Part shown: positions 28,110-38,938 of the stretch, piece by piece
Layout of the letters: the number at the start of each line of letters is the position of its first letter
Numbering within the stretch: position 1 is the first letter of the stretch
Sequence record: LC819007.1
Strand: one strand, 5' to 3'
DNA: 64,000 bases
Notes under the pieces: generated by a model
What the model was told of the DNA's origin: nothing
Databases searched by the model: none
What the model saw: only the letters and a program-made list of their open reading frames with translations
Position numbers and translations under genes: made by a program

Positions 28110-30341
28110 TTACAGAGCAGGCACGCCAGCATTCGCCCAGGTATCGACGTAGCTTGCCTGCTGTACGGCCAGCGGCAGCTTCAGGAAATTCTCCATACCC
28201 GGTACGACGGTGAGCTTACGGGGATTATCCACACCCGTCATGTCCACAATACAGTTGTAGCGTGCCCGCACACCAAGCACGCGCTGAAACACAAACGCAG
28301 CATCCTTGGCGTAGCTGATGTCACAGGTCTTGAAAGGCAGCTGCTCCTCGAACGTGGTCGAACGACCCACCACGTCAATCTCCGGAAACACGTCCATATC
28401 CAGCAACAGATCAGCCGTACCCTGCGTCTTCACGTTCCATTCGTCGACCGTCGGAATCTCGATGCCGTAGGTGGTCTCGGTGCTGATGTCGAGATCGTCT
28501 TCCCGGACTTGCTGGAAGCCTGCATCGATCACCGGACCCGAGTTGATCGACAAACCAATATGGATCGAGTAGCTGGAGAGCGTCGTGAGAATGCCCGCCA
28601 TCGCGCGCTGAATATCAGCCATCGTGATAGTCGACGTCAGGTTCGCACCCGTGGCCTCCTTCAGAATCACTGTCGACAGTTCCAGCAACTGGTCGGGAGT
28701 CAGGTCCTTCACCACGATGTTGCGATCGGCAAACCACGCCGCGTAGTTCTGGCCCGGTGTGTCGCCGAGCGTGAACTTTTCGTCACCCCACAGACGACAG
28801 ATCGCCGCTTCCTTCTGCCCGCGGGCTGTCATGTACTCTTCCTGACAGACCATCGCCCACTGCTCGTTCGCTGCTTCAAAGACTTCTTGGCAGTGATTGC
28901 GGAACGACTCCAACGAGATCTGCGGTTGCAGCGCCGGCATCGTCGCACGGGCGGTCATCAACCACTGATCCGGTACACGCTTCGGATTGACCACGGCCTG
29001 CATGTCAGACAACGGTGCCAGACCAATACGCTCCACCCGGTTCGCGACCACCGTCGGCAAGGTATCCATCTGGAAGCCCTGACCCACCACGAAAGCGTAA
29101 GCGTAGAAGCAGAACGCATCAATCGGGTTCAGTGACAACCGCACACCGTTGGCCGGAATCACGAAATTCACGAATGCCTGGTAGTAGCCCTTGTGCGCCA
29201 ACCACAACCAGTGCTGCAGCACGATGTCAGCCATGCGGAACTTCTCGCTATCTGTGTAATCGATCACGGTCGACTGCAACAGCTTGGTCGGCACGTTCGG
29301 ATTCAGCGTGTAGGTCGCGATGTCCTCGATATGGAGCTCTTCCTGATCCCGATACTGGTGATTCACCGGGTTGATGATGTCCTCGATGTCGAGCACTTCA
29401 TCCAGCGTGTACTGGTTCTTGTTGTCGATATTGACCGCAGTGTTCAGCGGCTTCTTCTCAAACACCACCAGCGGCAGCAGGTTATCCGGCATGTTCTCCG
29501 TCGAGTGCGCCATGCTGAAGTGGCCCATCGGCAGATTGCGATCCGTGAACGTCTTTTGCAACAGCGCGTCGAAGATCTCTTCGCGACCGTTGTTGTTCTG
29601 GATATACGCCAGGTTGTGATAGAAGTACATCTGCTGGGCGCGCGTCATGTACGGCACGTACTTGTCGAGCTTGGAATTGCTCGCCAGGTACTGCTGCACG
29701 TGATAGCTGTGTGCCTCATACGTCAGACACGCGTTGGCCCGGATATTCTCGATCGCACCCGGCAGCGAACCGTACAGCACCGTCAAGAGACCCGCGAAAT
29801 ACAGGTTGTCCGTGTTGGTGTACTGCACGTTGTGCCAGCGACGGATAAAGCCGTCCACGTGATCCTGCAGCGCCGGAATCAGGCTGGGCTCAGTGTCTTC
29901 CACGAGCGTATCCGGGTAAGCAAGGATCTGGCCATCATAGGCCGCAATTGCAACATCGATATCGGCCGGGTAGAGAATCCCGCGGATCAGGTCTTCCTGA
30001 TCGGGATACTTGTCGACCAATTCTTTGTAATATGTTGTGCCAAAAGCGTAAGCTTTCTTTGTCGCGCGGTGAAACTCCAGGTTCGCCTTGGAGAATACAA
30101 TCTCCTCCAGGCTGTCCAGCGAGGTGATCATCATCGGCGTATCGCTGGCGAAATACTCACCCGAGAGATTCAGGTAGTATTTCCAGGTACGCGGGTCATT
30201 CTCGTCGTAGCTTGCGTTCGTGTAGCCCTGGACCCACTGGTTCATCAGCGTGGCCGCATCGCTAAATTTCAACACGATACTGGAAGCCAAATCGAAGATG
30301 CTGTCCACGTAGATTTGGTAGTATTTGTTTTCCAATTCCAT
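28110..30341 (-). CDS. virion structural protein (phiKZ gp128-like)
   Basis: 743 aa; divergent from portal; TWKYYLNLSGEY motif. Confidence 0.55.
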   Translation of the reverse strand: MELENKYYQIYVDSIFDLASSIVLKFSDAATLMNQWVQGYTNASYDENDPRTWKYYLNLSGEYFASDTPMMITSLDSLEEIVFSKANLEFHRATKKAYAFGTTYYKELVDKYPDQEDLIRGILYPADIDVAIAAYDGQILAYPDTLVEDTEPSLIPALQDHVDGFIRRWHNVQYTNTDNLYFAGLLTVLYGSLPGAIENIRANACLTYEAHSYHVQQYLASNSKLDKYVPYMTRAQQMYFYHNLAYIQNNNGREEIFDALLQKTFTDRNLPMGHFSMAHSTENMPDNLLPLVVFEKKPLNTAVNIDNKNQYTLDEVLDIEDIINPVNHQYRDQEELHIEDIATYTLNPNVPTKLLQSTVIDYTDSEKFRMADIVLQHWLWLAHKGYYQAFVNFVIPANGVRLSLNPIDAFCFYAYAFVVGQGFQMDTLPTVVANRVERIGLAPLSDMQAVVNPKRVPDQWLMTARATMPALQPQISLESFRNHCQEVFEAANEQWAMVCQEEYMTARGQKEAAICRLWGDEKFTLGDTPGQNYAAWFADRNIVVKDLTPDQLLELSTVILKEATGANLTSTITMADIQRAMAGILTTLSSYSIHIGLSINSGPVIDAGFQQVREDDLDISTETTYGIEIPTVDEWNVKTQGTADLLLDMDVFPEIDVVGRSTTFEEQLPFKTCDISYAKDAAFVFQRVLGVRARYNCIVDMTGVDNPRKLTVVPGMENFLKLPLAVQQASYVDTWANAGVPAL

Positions 30342-30369
30342 CCACCTATTCGGTTCGCAGGATTCCTAA

Positions 30370-33255
30370 ATGGCTAAAGAGAATACGTTCGCCCAAGTCG
30401 TGAGTCTGCAAGGCTCACGACAACGGGTGCCAGCGCTGCAGCTGGTAAGGGACAAGCCCCTCTCTGCATTGCTTTCGAAGGCGGTCGATCCGACCATCCA
30501 GCCTTCGCACACCGCAGCCGGTTCTCGTAAAGTTGAAGCGCCCAGTCTGGGCGCGTTGCACAACATTGCGGGACGTACCGCTAACAACATCTCGCATGCC
30601 GACACCGTCATGCAGATGCTGCCCGACATGCAGTTGGGCGCCCAGATTCTGGTGAGCTCGGTCACGTCGCCGAAAGACATGGTGACGCTGGAGCTGAATT
30701 ACCAGACCACCCCCGGCATACTGCCTCCGACTGTCCTGGCCACTGTTGTCCAGGCCGTGCGTGACCATTTCGATAACGTCTACAAGATTAAGAACAAGAT
30801 CCCCCGGATCATTCACGAAATCTTGTTCGAAAAGGGCTCGCACATCGTCGCGATCATCCCGGAAAACTCCATCGACGAGATGATCAACCGCAGCAATGCG
30901 ATCTCGATGGAATCGTTCCACGAAGCGCTCGGAATTGCTCCGGGCATGCCGATGACCAAGGAACAAGCGCTCGCCGCTAACCAAGGGATTCTCGGCGCGG
31001 GGATCGAAGGCTACACCGACAAGAATGCCAAGGGACGCAGCTCTAAGGGTCTCGGTAGTGCGGCGTGGTCCGTCGGTACGGAGTCGCTCGAAGACGCGTT
31101 TGCTTCGTTCAAAACAGAGCAACTGCCGTTCTCGCAACAGATGCACTTTGAAGGCGCGACCAAGGGCCAGTTCGAAGCATTGGAAGGTCTGTATATCACG
31201 GACAATCCGAACGTGCTGCGCCTGCCCAAGCTCGAAGAGAAGATCCGTCGTGACCAGTTGAACGCGAAGATGCGTTTTAACAACACGGCTCTGGCACTCG
31301 AAGCACTGGGTGCGGGTCAGATCAAGCTCGATGACCGCAGCCTCAAGAACCTGATCTACAAGCCGCGCAAACGCGGCGTGCAGCCGTTGCAGGCACTGAA
31401 GACCGACAGCCAGCTGGAACGTCGTTCGGTAGGCCATCCGCTCGTGATGGAACTGCCCTCGGAATCCGTGGTGCCGGTCTACACGCCCGGTCAGGAAGAC
31501 AAGCACGTCGGCTACTTCGTGTTGCTGGATCACACGGGCAATCCGGTCAAGGCGATGAACGAGAAGGATTCGTTCGGGGAAATGTCGGCGCGTCTGTTGA
31601 AAGCATCCAACCAGACCACCAACATCACCAACCGCCTGAAGCAGTTGACCGACGGCCTGAACTGTTCGGAGCAGGAATACACCGAGCAGATGGTGCGCGT
31701 CTATGCGGACATGGTCGAGCAGGATCTGTTGGCGCGTCTGCGTAACGGGATGTACACCAACGCCGTCGCGCTGGCGAAGAACACCGACTACTACCGTGTG
31801 ATGCTCTCGCGGGTGCTGCAACAGCAGCATACGACGATCCTGTTCATGCCAGCTGATCTGATCACGTATTTTGCACGTAAATACAATCAGTACGGTATCG
31901 GTATCTCGATCCTCGACGAGATGAAGATCCTGAACAACATGCGCGCGATTGCGATGATGGGTAATACCATCCTCGGCATCAAGAACTCGATCCCGCGCAC
32001 ACAGGTGAACCTGACCATCGACGAGACCGATCCCGATCCGTACAAGACGGCTGAAACCGTCCTGAACGAAATCGCTCGGGTGAACCAGACTGCGGTGCCG
32101 TTCGGTGCTTCGGCGCCGGTTGACATTGCCGACTACTACCAGCGTGCTCAGTATCAGGTTCGGGTCACGGGTCACCCCGCGATTCCCGAGACGAACATCG
32201 AGTACACCGAGCAGAACTCGAACTACCAGAAGGTTGACACCGATCTGGAAGACAGTCTGCAAAAACGTGCGCTGATGGCGATGGGCTTGAATCAAGAGCA
32301 CATCAACAACGGCTTCAACACGGAAACGGCAACGTCGGTAGTGGCCAATAACCTGATGCTTTCGCGTCGGGTGATGGTGATTCAGGATCAGGTCAACCCG
32401 CACATCACGGACTACCACCGCAAGGTGATCCGTGCGGACGAAATCCTGCGTCAAGAGCTGCGCGACATTCTCTTCACCGCTTACGACGAACTCGAAATCG
32501 ACGAAGACGAAATCGCCAAGCAGATCGGACAGGACAAGGCGCAAGTGAAACCGCTGGTGATCGAACACATCATCAACGATTTCGTGGAAGGGCTGGAAGT
32601 GTCGCTGCCGCGCCCGAATACGGCGACGACGGAGAACCAGAAGGCCGCACTCGAAAGCTATCGCGATCTGCTCGATGACGCCATCGACAACTACATCTCG
32701 GAAGACTACTTCACTGACGAAGTTGGTGGAGCGATCAGCCGTGACGTGGATAGCGTCAAGAAGATGCTGCGTGCCTACTTCATGCGTCGCTTCATGTCGG
32801 AAAACGGCATCATGCCTGAACTGGCAGAGATCGTGACGTTGAACGAGGACGACGAAGCCGAAGTCGACCTCTGGCTGGAGCAGTCGGAGCACATCAAGAA
32901 GCTGATGAAGACGATGTCGGGCTTCATGAAACGTATCCACAAGACTAAGCAGGACACCAACGAGGTCGTGGATCGGTTGAATGAGACGGCAGGTGGCGAT
33001 CCTGATGGTGGTTACGGTAGCAGCAGCTCCGATACCTCGTCGGACAGCTCGGATTCGTCCAGCAGTTCGGATGATCCGTTCGGCACTGGCGGTGGTGATG
33101 GTGGGTTGGACTTCCCGGGGCTGAGTGATGCAGGTGCGGGGGATGACGCGAACGCTAATCCGGATGACGATGCAAATGCCAATCCGGACGCCAACGCTGA
33201 ACCGAAGGAAGGGGATGAAGATACCGACACCCCGCCTGAGGAACCCACGCTATGA
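30370..33255 (+). CDS. portal protein (phiKZ gp129-like)
   Basis: 961 aa; QMLPDMQLGAQILVSSVTSPKDM and GHPLVMELPSESVVPV recall gp129-like portals; N-terminal x-x-E processing motifs; synteny with MCP. Confidence 0.65.
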   Translation: MAKENTFAQVVSLQGSRQRVPALQLVRDKPLSALLSKAVDPTIQPSHTAAGSRKVEAPSLGALHNIAGRTANNISHADTVMQMLPDMQLGAQILVSSVTSPKDMVTLELNYQTTPGILPPTVLATVVQAVRDHFDNVYKIKNKIPRIIHEILFEKGSHIVAIIPENSIDEMINRSNAISMESFHEALGIAPGMPMTKEQALAANQGILGAGIEGYTDKNAKGRSSKGLGSAAWSVGTESLEDAFASFKTEQLPFSQQMHFEGATKGQFEALEGLYITDNPNVLRLPKLEEKIRRDQLNAKMRFNNTALALEALGAGQIKLDDRSLKNLIYKPRKRGVQPLQALKTDSQLERRSVGHPLVMELPSESVVPVYTPGQEDKHVGYFVLLDHTGNPVKAMNEKDSFGEMSARLLKASNQTTNITNRLKQLTDGLNCSEQEYTEQMVRVYADMVEQDLLARLRNGMYTNAVALAKNTDYYRVMLSRVLQQQHTTILFMPADLITYFARKYNQYGIGISILDEMKILNNMRAIAMMGNTILGIKNSIPRTQVNLTIDETDPDPYKTAETVLNEIARVNQTAVPFGASAPVDIADYYQRAQYQVRVTGHPAIPETNIEYTEQNSNYQKVDTDLEDSLQKRALMAMGLNQEHINNGFNTETATSVVANNLMLSRRVMVIQDQVNPHITDYHRKVIRADEILRQELRDILFTAYDELEIDEDEIAKQIGQDKAQVKPLVIEHIINDFVEGLEVSLPRPNTATTENQKAALESYRDLLDDAIDNYISEDYFTDEVGGAISRDVDSVKKMLRAYFMRRFMSENGIMPELAEIVTLNEDDEAEVDLWLEQSEHIKKLMKTMSGFMKRIHKTKQDTNEVVDRLNETAGGDPDGGYGSSSSDTSSDSSDSSSSSDDPFGTGGGDGGLDFPGLSDAGAGDDANANPDDDANANPDANAEPKEGDEDTDTPPEEPTL

Positions 33256-33476
33256 GCGTCATCGTCCTTCTGATCGGTTCCCTGTTCCTGTTTCTTGGGA
33301 TCAAGCTCTCCTTGATGGCACAGGAGCTCCACATGCTGGGGTTCCGTAAAGAAGGGCGAAGCATGGCTGAACTAGCCGTGACGCTGGCGCTGTTGGGTTT
33401 TGTTCTCTGGTCGACAGGTACACCGACGCCGGATGAACCGATCCTGACTGATCCGGATGCTTTCTGGCAACAGTAA
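33252..33476 (+). CDS. small membrane protein
   Basis: Two hydrophobic helices; ATGA overlap with the portal stop. Confidence 0.55.
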   Translation: MSVIVLLIGSLFLFLGIKLSLMAQELHMLGFRKEGRSMAELAVTLALLGFVLWSTGTPTPDEPILTDPDAFWQQ

Positions 33477-33494
33477 AGCAAAAAAAAAGAAGAC

Positions 33495-33539
33495 GACATA
33501 GGCGAGAGAGACCCGAAGGTCTCTCTCGCTTTATGCCGC
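33495..33539. terminator. bidirectional hairpin terminator
   Basis: gcgagagagacc-cgaa-ggtctctctcgc flanked by gacata and tttatgccgc. Confidence 0.8.
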
Positions 33540-33685
33540 CTCTTAAAGGCTTTCCCGCAAAGGGTGGACTGAAGAGTACAACTGGATGGAAAGGTAAAGC
33601 TCCTAATGGGTTAGGGCCAACGTAAAGCCATCCGGATACCAGAGCGGGCTCTTATGCCCGTCATCCCACTCTGGTTCCCTGTTCT

Positions 33686-35815
33686 TTACGCAGGCTTCAC
33701 TTCCTTGGACAGGAGGAAGCACGCACGGTTCAGCAGGCCGCGATGCAGGCGGTAGCGAACGTTGTCCTTGGTGACGAGGAATTGCTCCGAGAAAGACATC
33801 GTGTTGATCGCGTCATCGAACGTGCTGCGCGCGATTTCGTACAGCGCGCCGAGCGAATCCGGCTGAATGGCTGCCGCGCCCTTCGGCGGCATGGCGATGG
33901 CGAGTTCATCATCCGTGAAGTTGACCCACACGGCACACACGTTGCGTTGCAAGAACAACACACGCTTGAGCATGGCTTCGCTCAGTTCTTCCACATCTCC
34001 CGTCGTGAGGGTTGCATTGGCGTAGCTGACCATTTCGGTCGCCGGCATCACGGTCACATTCGCTTTCAACAACGCTTGCTGGCTCGAACGCATCTTTTCA
34101 CCCACCAGGGCGCCTTGCGTACGCTCCAGCACGTCGATGATTTGCGAACCGTCTTCCGCGAAGTCCGAAATCCGCACACCGACACCGAGTTCACATTCGA
34201 TCGCGCGGTTCACGGCTTGCGTGAGAACGTCGTTGATGGTCTTGCGTGCGAGGTCGCTGCGGATCTTGCTGATGTAACCTGCTGCTTCCACAAAGTCCTT
34301 GCTGCCTGCGATGGCGCGCAGCACGATCGCGTCGTCGCTTGCTTCTTCGGCTTCCGCGTAGATCACCGGCTGATTGACGATCGACATCTTGACGAACGCA
34401 TCAGGCACCTTCTCGCTCATCTCAGCGGCCAGGCGAGCCGTGCGCATCGCGCCCGACACGTCTTCTTCCGAGCTGAAGTGTTCGGCAACCGTGATGTTGA
34501 TCTTCACGTTCTTCACATCCGTGTACAGCACGGCTGCTTCCTTGCGCACCGGACGCACCACGACTTCCGGATCAGGCTGGCCCTTCGACGGATCGATGGC
34601 GTGTGCTTCGTAGTTCATTGCAATTTCCTTCTGTTTTTCGTCCAGCGGCTGCAGCATCGCGACAACCTGACCGTCCCTCGTTTCGAAATAATGCACCATG
34701 TGCGTACGCGCGCACCACGCCGGGTGAAAGCGTTGCAGCTGGCACGACTTCCATGCCTTTGCGCCCGCGCCTTCCGGCAGCTTACGCATTACGTCCACAT
34801 TCACCCCGGCGATCTGCACCGAGAACATCGCTTTGGCCGGCTTGACTTCTGCGACTTCCGGCACCGGCGTGCTTTCCACCGACTTGCTGAAGTCCGTCAC
34901 ATTCGAATCGAATCGACGGGCGGCTTCTGCGGCTTCCTGATCCAGCTCAGGCTGACCGTGCTGCGTCGTCGCAGCCAGACGGCTACGCAGACGCGAACGA
35001 TAGCCCGTATCCGTCGGGGTCGGATCAGGACGATCCAGCGACATGGTCGGTGCATTGCCACCTTCAGCCAAGCCCGATTCATGCAGCGCGCTTTGCAGTG
35101 ACCCTTCCATCTTGCCCAGCAGCTTTTCAGCACGCCGACCGTAACGACCCGCACCACGCGTCGCATTGTTGTTGTACGCGCTCGTCGTCACACCGCCTTC
35201 GAACTGCTGCGGTGCTTCAACGTAACCACCCGTCAAACCACGCGCGGCTGCCATCGCTTGCTGAGTCGTACCGCTCACACCCGACAGACCACCTGCCGAA
35301 CCACCCATCTGCGAGAACGGGATGAACTGTGCCTGACCTTGCGCGAGCGAGAGCAGGTAGTTCCAGATCTCGGCGTTTTCACGCACGTCCGCCTGATCAC
35401 GCGGCGAGAGCGTGTTCATGAACTCCGGATCTTCCGCAGCCATAGCCGACGCACACGTTTTCACGCCACGTGCGATACATTCTGCCGCTGCTGCGTCGAG
35501 CGAACGGAATTCACCTGCCTGGGCACCGTACGCCATACGCGTAACGATGGTTTGCACCAGGTCCTGGAACAGCGCGTTGTTGAACGCGTTTTCCGAGGTG
35601 ATGTTGAACATACCCAGACGGATCGGATGACCGCGCTGTGCGTGGTTCTGGATTTCCTGGATCACCATCAGGCAGATCTTCGGCGTGAGCTGATCGTACG
35701 GCTGGCCGATGCCGAAGTTCCAGCCAGAGAACTGCATGGCGATCTGGTTCACGTCGTACGTTTCGATCGCAACGGAGCCTGCCGCGGGGCGATTGAACAT
35801 AGTGGTCGAATGCAT
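33686..35815 (-). CDS. conserved jumbo-phage hypothetical protein
   Basis: About 709 aa from MHSTTMF; follows the nvRNAP subunit gene. Confidence 0.65.
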   Translation of the reverse strand: MHSTTMFNRPAAGSVAIETYDVNQIAMQFSGWNFGIGQPYDQLTPKICLMVIQEIQNHAQRGHPIRLGMFNITSENAFNNALFQDLVQTIVTRMAYGAQAGEFRSLDAAAAECIARGVKTCASAMAAEDPEFMNTLSPRDQADVRENAEIWNYLLSLAQGQAQFIPFSQMGGSAGGLSGVSGTTQQAMAAARGLTGGYVEAPQQFEGGVTTSAYNNNATRGAGRYGRRAEKLLGKMEGSLQSALHESGLAEGGNAPTMSLDRPDPTPTDTGYRSRLRSRLAATTQHGQPELDQEAAEAARRFDSNVTDFSKSVESTPVPEVAEVKPAKAMFSVQIAGVNVDVMRKLPEGAGAKAWKSCQLQRFHPAWCARTHMVHYFETRDGQVVAMLQPLDEKQKEIAMNYEAHAIDPSKGQPDPEVVVRPVRKEAAVLYTDVKNVKINITVAEHFSSEEDVSGAMRTARLAAEMSEKVPDAFVKMSIVNQPVIYAEAEEASDDAIVLRAIAGSKDFVEAAGYISKIRSDLARKTINDVLTQAVNRAIECELGVGVRISDFAEDGSQIIDVLERTQGALVGEKMRSSQQALLKANVTVMPATEMVSYANATLTTGDVEELSEAMLKRVLFLQRNVCAVWVNFTDDELAIAMPPKGAAAIQPDSLGALYEIARSTFDDAINTMSFSEQFLVTKDNVRYRLHRGLLNRACFLLSKEVKPA

Positions 35816-35901
35816 GTTTCTTTCCTTTGCGTTTGAGTTTATTGAGTAACTGTGGTGTTTTGGAGGCACAAAGCGCGGGGTTTTTCGCCCCGCGCCTCGC
35901 A

Positions 35902-37578
35902 TCATTGCTGGGCCACTGCGCGAGTGGTGAGTTCGTTCTTCGCAATCATGTCCAGCAGGTTTTCAAACTTCGGGTTACGCCTGATGCCAGTGCGATCTTC
36001 GCTGAGCAGCATGTAGTGGTTGATCTTGCTGCGGCCATCCGGATCGGACTTCGGCATGCAGCTGATCGCCGCCACTTCTGCAATCGACGGGTGAAGACGT
36101 CGAGCGGGATCGTTGGCCGTACCCCGGTCACCTGCTTTCTTCACCTGCTTGGACGTTGCCGTCTGAGGGGTGAGGGTAGCGGTGGCCTTGAACGCCATGT
36201 TGTCGCCCGAGTAGCTGATGGAAGCCACTTCGCCGTGCGACTTGCCCAACTGGTAGCACATCCCAGGTTTCAGGTTTTCCTTCATGTGTTTTTCGATGTC
36301 GCGGTCGGTCAGCTCCTTGCGGGAGTTGGCCTTCAACGCGAAGAACAGATTGAACACTGCCTTCGTCACATCGAACAGCACGAAGTACAGCACGGACAAC
36401 TCCTTGTTGTACATGCTGTTGACCTTGTCCTGGTTGTTCGAGACCAACGTACTGAAATCTCGCGTGATGTGCGCGAAGAAGTCGTAGATGTCGTTGATAT
36501 CGATGCCGATGTCGTGCATGTTGTCGATCACCATCGAGTCGGCGTAGTCGTCCAGAGACGACAAGTGCTTGCGCACTGCTTCTTCGATCTTGCCTCGGTT
36601 GTTATTCTCCGAGAACAACATGTAACCCATCGGCGCAATCCAGCCTTCAGGCTTGTTCGCCAGGTCGGGCGTGATCTGGCGCGGGAAATAGTCAGCGACG
36701 TAGAAGAGTGCGGCCACATACGGAATCACTTCCGGTTTGAAGTCGCCCTTTCGAATCGCCACCTGGATTTCCGGTGCACGCCAGTCGATATACTTCTTGC
36801 GACGCGTCATGCCTTTGGGCGGAATGCCCTGCGTCGAGTACACGTCCCATTCCATCGGATCGAGTTCCTGGTCGAGATGGTAGCCCACCAGCGGCGTAAT
36901 CCCGAGATACTTCTCCAGCGTCCCTGCGAATCCGTACTTACAGAACAGGTAGTGCGGCATCGACGTGAAGGCGTTGTTGGTCGCCTGCTTGTCTTTGTCC
37001 TTGCTCTTGTGATAGATCCGGCTATGCACCAGATCCGTCCGGAACACCTGGCCATTACGCTTATACCAGGCGCCCAAGCGCGAGAACGTCAGACGGTCAC
37101 GAAGCAGCCGCACGAAAATCTGCTCCATGCCCACCGAGATCACCCGGTCAGCCAACACCGGCGAGATGAACCACTTGGTCCCGCTGATGTAGATCGAGCC
37201 TGCTTGTCCGACCGAAGGCAGATAGATCTGCCGCTTCTCCAGCGGCTTGCCGTGGAAGCTGAACGACAACTCCATCAGGAAGAAGTCGGTCCTGGACATG
37301 TCGTACGTCTTGCTGCCGGAATTCTTCGTTCCCGGCGGCGTTTTGACTTTGCGCTTCTTGTTGCGTGGCTTGAGGGATGCGCGGTATTCCTCGAACGGAT
37401 CGCAGATGCGATAGCCGTCATAAGTGAGGCCTTCCGGGAATCCCAGGGCGGCGGAGCGAATCACCTGATCGACATAGTCCGGTGTGTGCTTCATGTGCAC
37501 GCGCGCCAACCCATTCGCCAAATCCATGTTGAGTGGGGCCGATTGCTTCTCGGTCCACTTCACGAGTCTGGAATGCAT
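35902..37578 (-). CDS. non-virion RNA polymerase beta subunit, N-terminal fragment (phiKZ gp123-like)
   Basis: 558 aa; IYISGTKWFISPVLAD and LHPSIAEVAAISCMPKSDPDGRSKIN correspond to RNAP beta motifs; two genes downstream of MCP. Confidence 0.75.
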   Translation of the reverse strand: MHSRLVKWTEKQSAPLNMDLANGLARVHMKHTPDYVDQVIRSAALGFPEGLTYDGYRICDPFEEYRASLKPRNKKRKVKTPPGTKNSGSKTYDMSRTDFFLMELSFSFHGKPLEKRQIYLPSVGQAGSIYISGTKWFISPVLADRVISVGMEQIFVRLLRDRLTFSRLGAWYKRNGQVFRTDLVHSRIYHKSKDKDKQATNNAFTSMPHYLFCKYGFAGTLEKYLGITPLVGYHLDQELDPMEWDVYSTQGIPPKGMTRRKKYIDWRAPEIQVAIRKGDFKPEVIPYVAALFYVADYFPRQITPDLANKPEGWIAPMGYMLFSENNNRGKIEEAVRKHLSSLDDYADSMVIDNMHDIGIDINDIYDFFAHITRDFSTLVSNNQDKVNSMYNKELSVLYFVLFDVTKAVFNLFFALKANSRKELTDRDIEKHMKENLKPGMCYQLGKSHGEVASISYSGDNMAFKATATLTPQTATSKQVKKAGDRGTANDPARRLHPSIAEVAAISCMPKSDPDGRSKINHYMLLSEDRTGIRRNPKFENLLDMIAKNELTTRAVAQQ

Positions 37579-37615
37579 GTTTGTTTCCTGAGAGATGGGT
37601 TAGAGTGAGCCTGTA

Positions 37616-38740
37616 TTACTTCTTGAAGGCAGCTACAGTGGCTGCAATCGTAGACAAGACTACAGGCACACACTTAATGACTTCTAAAGTATTTTTACGC
37701 CGCACACTCAAGATATCTCCGGCTTGTTTCTCCAGATACAGCTCGTGCTCCTTGAGCAACTTCTCACGCTCACGTTGCAGCTTCTCCAGTTCCTGGCTAT
37801 GTTTCGTGAGCCGCAACTCGGCATCGCGATCCATGTTTTCCCGTTCCTGCTGCGCTTTGAGCAGTTGGTTCTCTGCTGTGCGCGCTTTGGTTTCCAGTTC
37901 CTGGATCTGGATACTCCCCCGATTCTGCAGAGCTTCCTGCTGAGTCGCATACAACTTGTAAGGGAGTTTTTTGTCACCGAAGACATACCGATCCGACAAC
38001 AGCTTCTGCGGACCTTGCCCGTTGAGCAGGTTCTTGGAGTACGTGACGTAGATCCCATCCGCCACATCCGGGTCCTGACACGCCACAATACAGAACGGCG
38101 TATCATCAATCAGAATCCACTTCGAGCCAAACTCCTCATTGTTATCCACAATGCGAATGTTCAGCGTGAAATCCCCTTTCCTCAAGTGCGGGTTGCCTTC
38201 CGCGACCTTCTGGAAAGAATTGAACGTGTGACCCGCTTTCGAATACGGATGATGGATACGTCCCATATCCGCTTCCGAAAATCCATACATCACAACGAGG
38301 TCGTGTTCTTCCAGATACACGACACCGTCGTTCTCAAGCAGTTCCACTAGCCTGAGCTTGCTCAGCACGTCGACTGAATAACGAGAGGACATCGGTGGTT
38401 CCGAGCCCCAGCTAGTCAGCATCGCCTGATGCGCGTACTCTCTCATCGACGTCGCTGTACTTCTAGCCTGACGGATGTAGTCCTGCTGGGTTTCTGGTGT
38501 GCATTCGATGTGCTCGCCAATAAAGAAGAAGTCTGGTTCGTACGCACTCGATTCAAGTCTCGGTCTGACGCGCGTAAGCAGGCCAGATCGCTCTCGAATG
38601 AATACGTCACCCGGTAGACGGTTGACGAAGAACTTCGTACGATCCGTCTCTACTTGCCTACGCCTCTCAACTCTCTGGTCATGCGTGAGAGTCTCGACGT
38701 GATCGAGGTATATGCGCTTCATGTTGTCCGTGCTGTTCAT
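37616..38740 (-). CDS. hypothetical protein with C-terminal coiled coil and TM anchor (gp122-like position)
   Basis: 374 aa; lies under the promoter motif at 38838. Confidence 0.6.
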   Translation of the reverse strand: MNSTDNMKRIYLDHVETLTHDQRVERRRQVETDRTKFFVNRLPGDVFIRERSGLLTRVRPRLESSAYEPDFFFIGEHIECTPETQQDYIRQARSTATSMREYAHQAMLTSWGSEPPMSSRYSVDVLSKLRLVELLENDGVVYLEEHDLVVMYGFSEADMGRIHHPYSKAGHTFNSFQKVAEGNPHLRKGDFTLNIRIVDNNEEFGSKWILIDDTPFCIVACQDPDVADGIYVTYSKNLLNGQGPQKLLSDRYVFGDKKLPYKLYATQQEALQNRGSIQIQELETKARTAENQLLKAQQERENMDRDAELRLTKHSQELEKLQREREKLLKEHELYLEKQAGDILSVRRKNTLEVIKCVPVVLSTIAATVAAFKK

Positions 38741-38837
38741 GATTAGGCTCCGTTGTCTGTAGTCACGTCGTCTTCAGACACGAGAAGCCTAACCTCTCGT
38801 TGGTCTTCTTGATTCCCAGTTCCTGGTTATCATTCAA

Positions 38838-38850
38838 GTAGTAATATGTT
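38838..38850 (-). promoter_or_regulatory. putative early promoter CACATATTACTAC
   Basis: Upstream of the operon holding the nvRNAP subunit, which must be expressed early. Confidence 0.6.
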
Positions 38851-38888
38851 GTTATTCCAGTTTTGATTCCAGCACGGAAAAATCACAG

Positions 38889-38938
38889 CGGCATAAATAG
38901 CAAAATAAAAAGAGGGAGGCCGAAGCCTCCCTCTTTTA
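38889..38938 (-). terminator. major capsid gene terminator
   Basis: aagagggaggc-cgaa-gcctccctctt with A-run and gcggcataa arm. Confidence 0.75.

Noticed and set aside
30415-32940. 841-aa antisense ORF opposite portal (similarly 38987..41212, 5315..6841, 35827..37608, 33743..35101)
   Set aside because: Shadow ORFs expected from strong GC3/RNY codon bias; V/R/H/D-rich translations without motifs or RBS
33569-33592. Hammerhead-like CTGAAGA...GAAA
   Set aside because: Stem II cannot form (no G10.1-C11.1 pair) and no stem I/III closure found; the CTGACGA at about 51117-51123 (minus strand) also sits inside a simple hairpin loop
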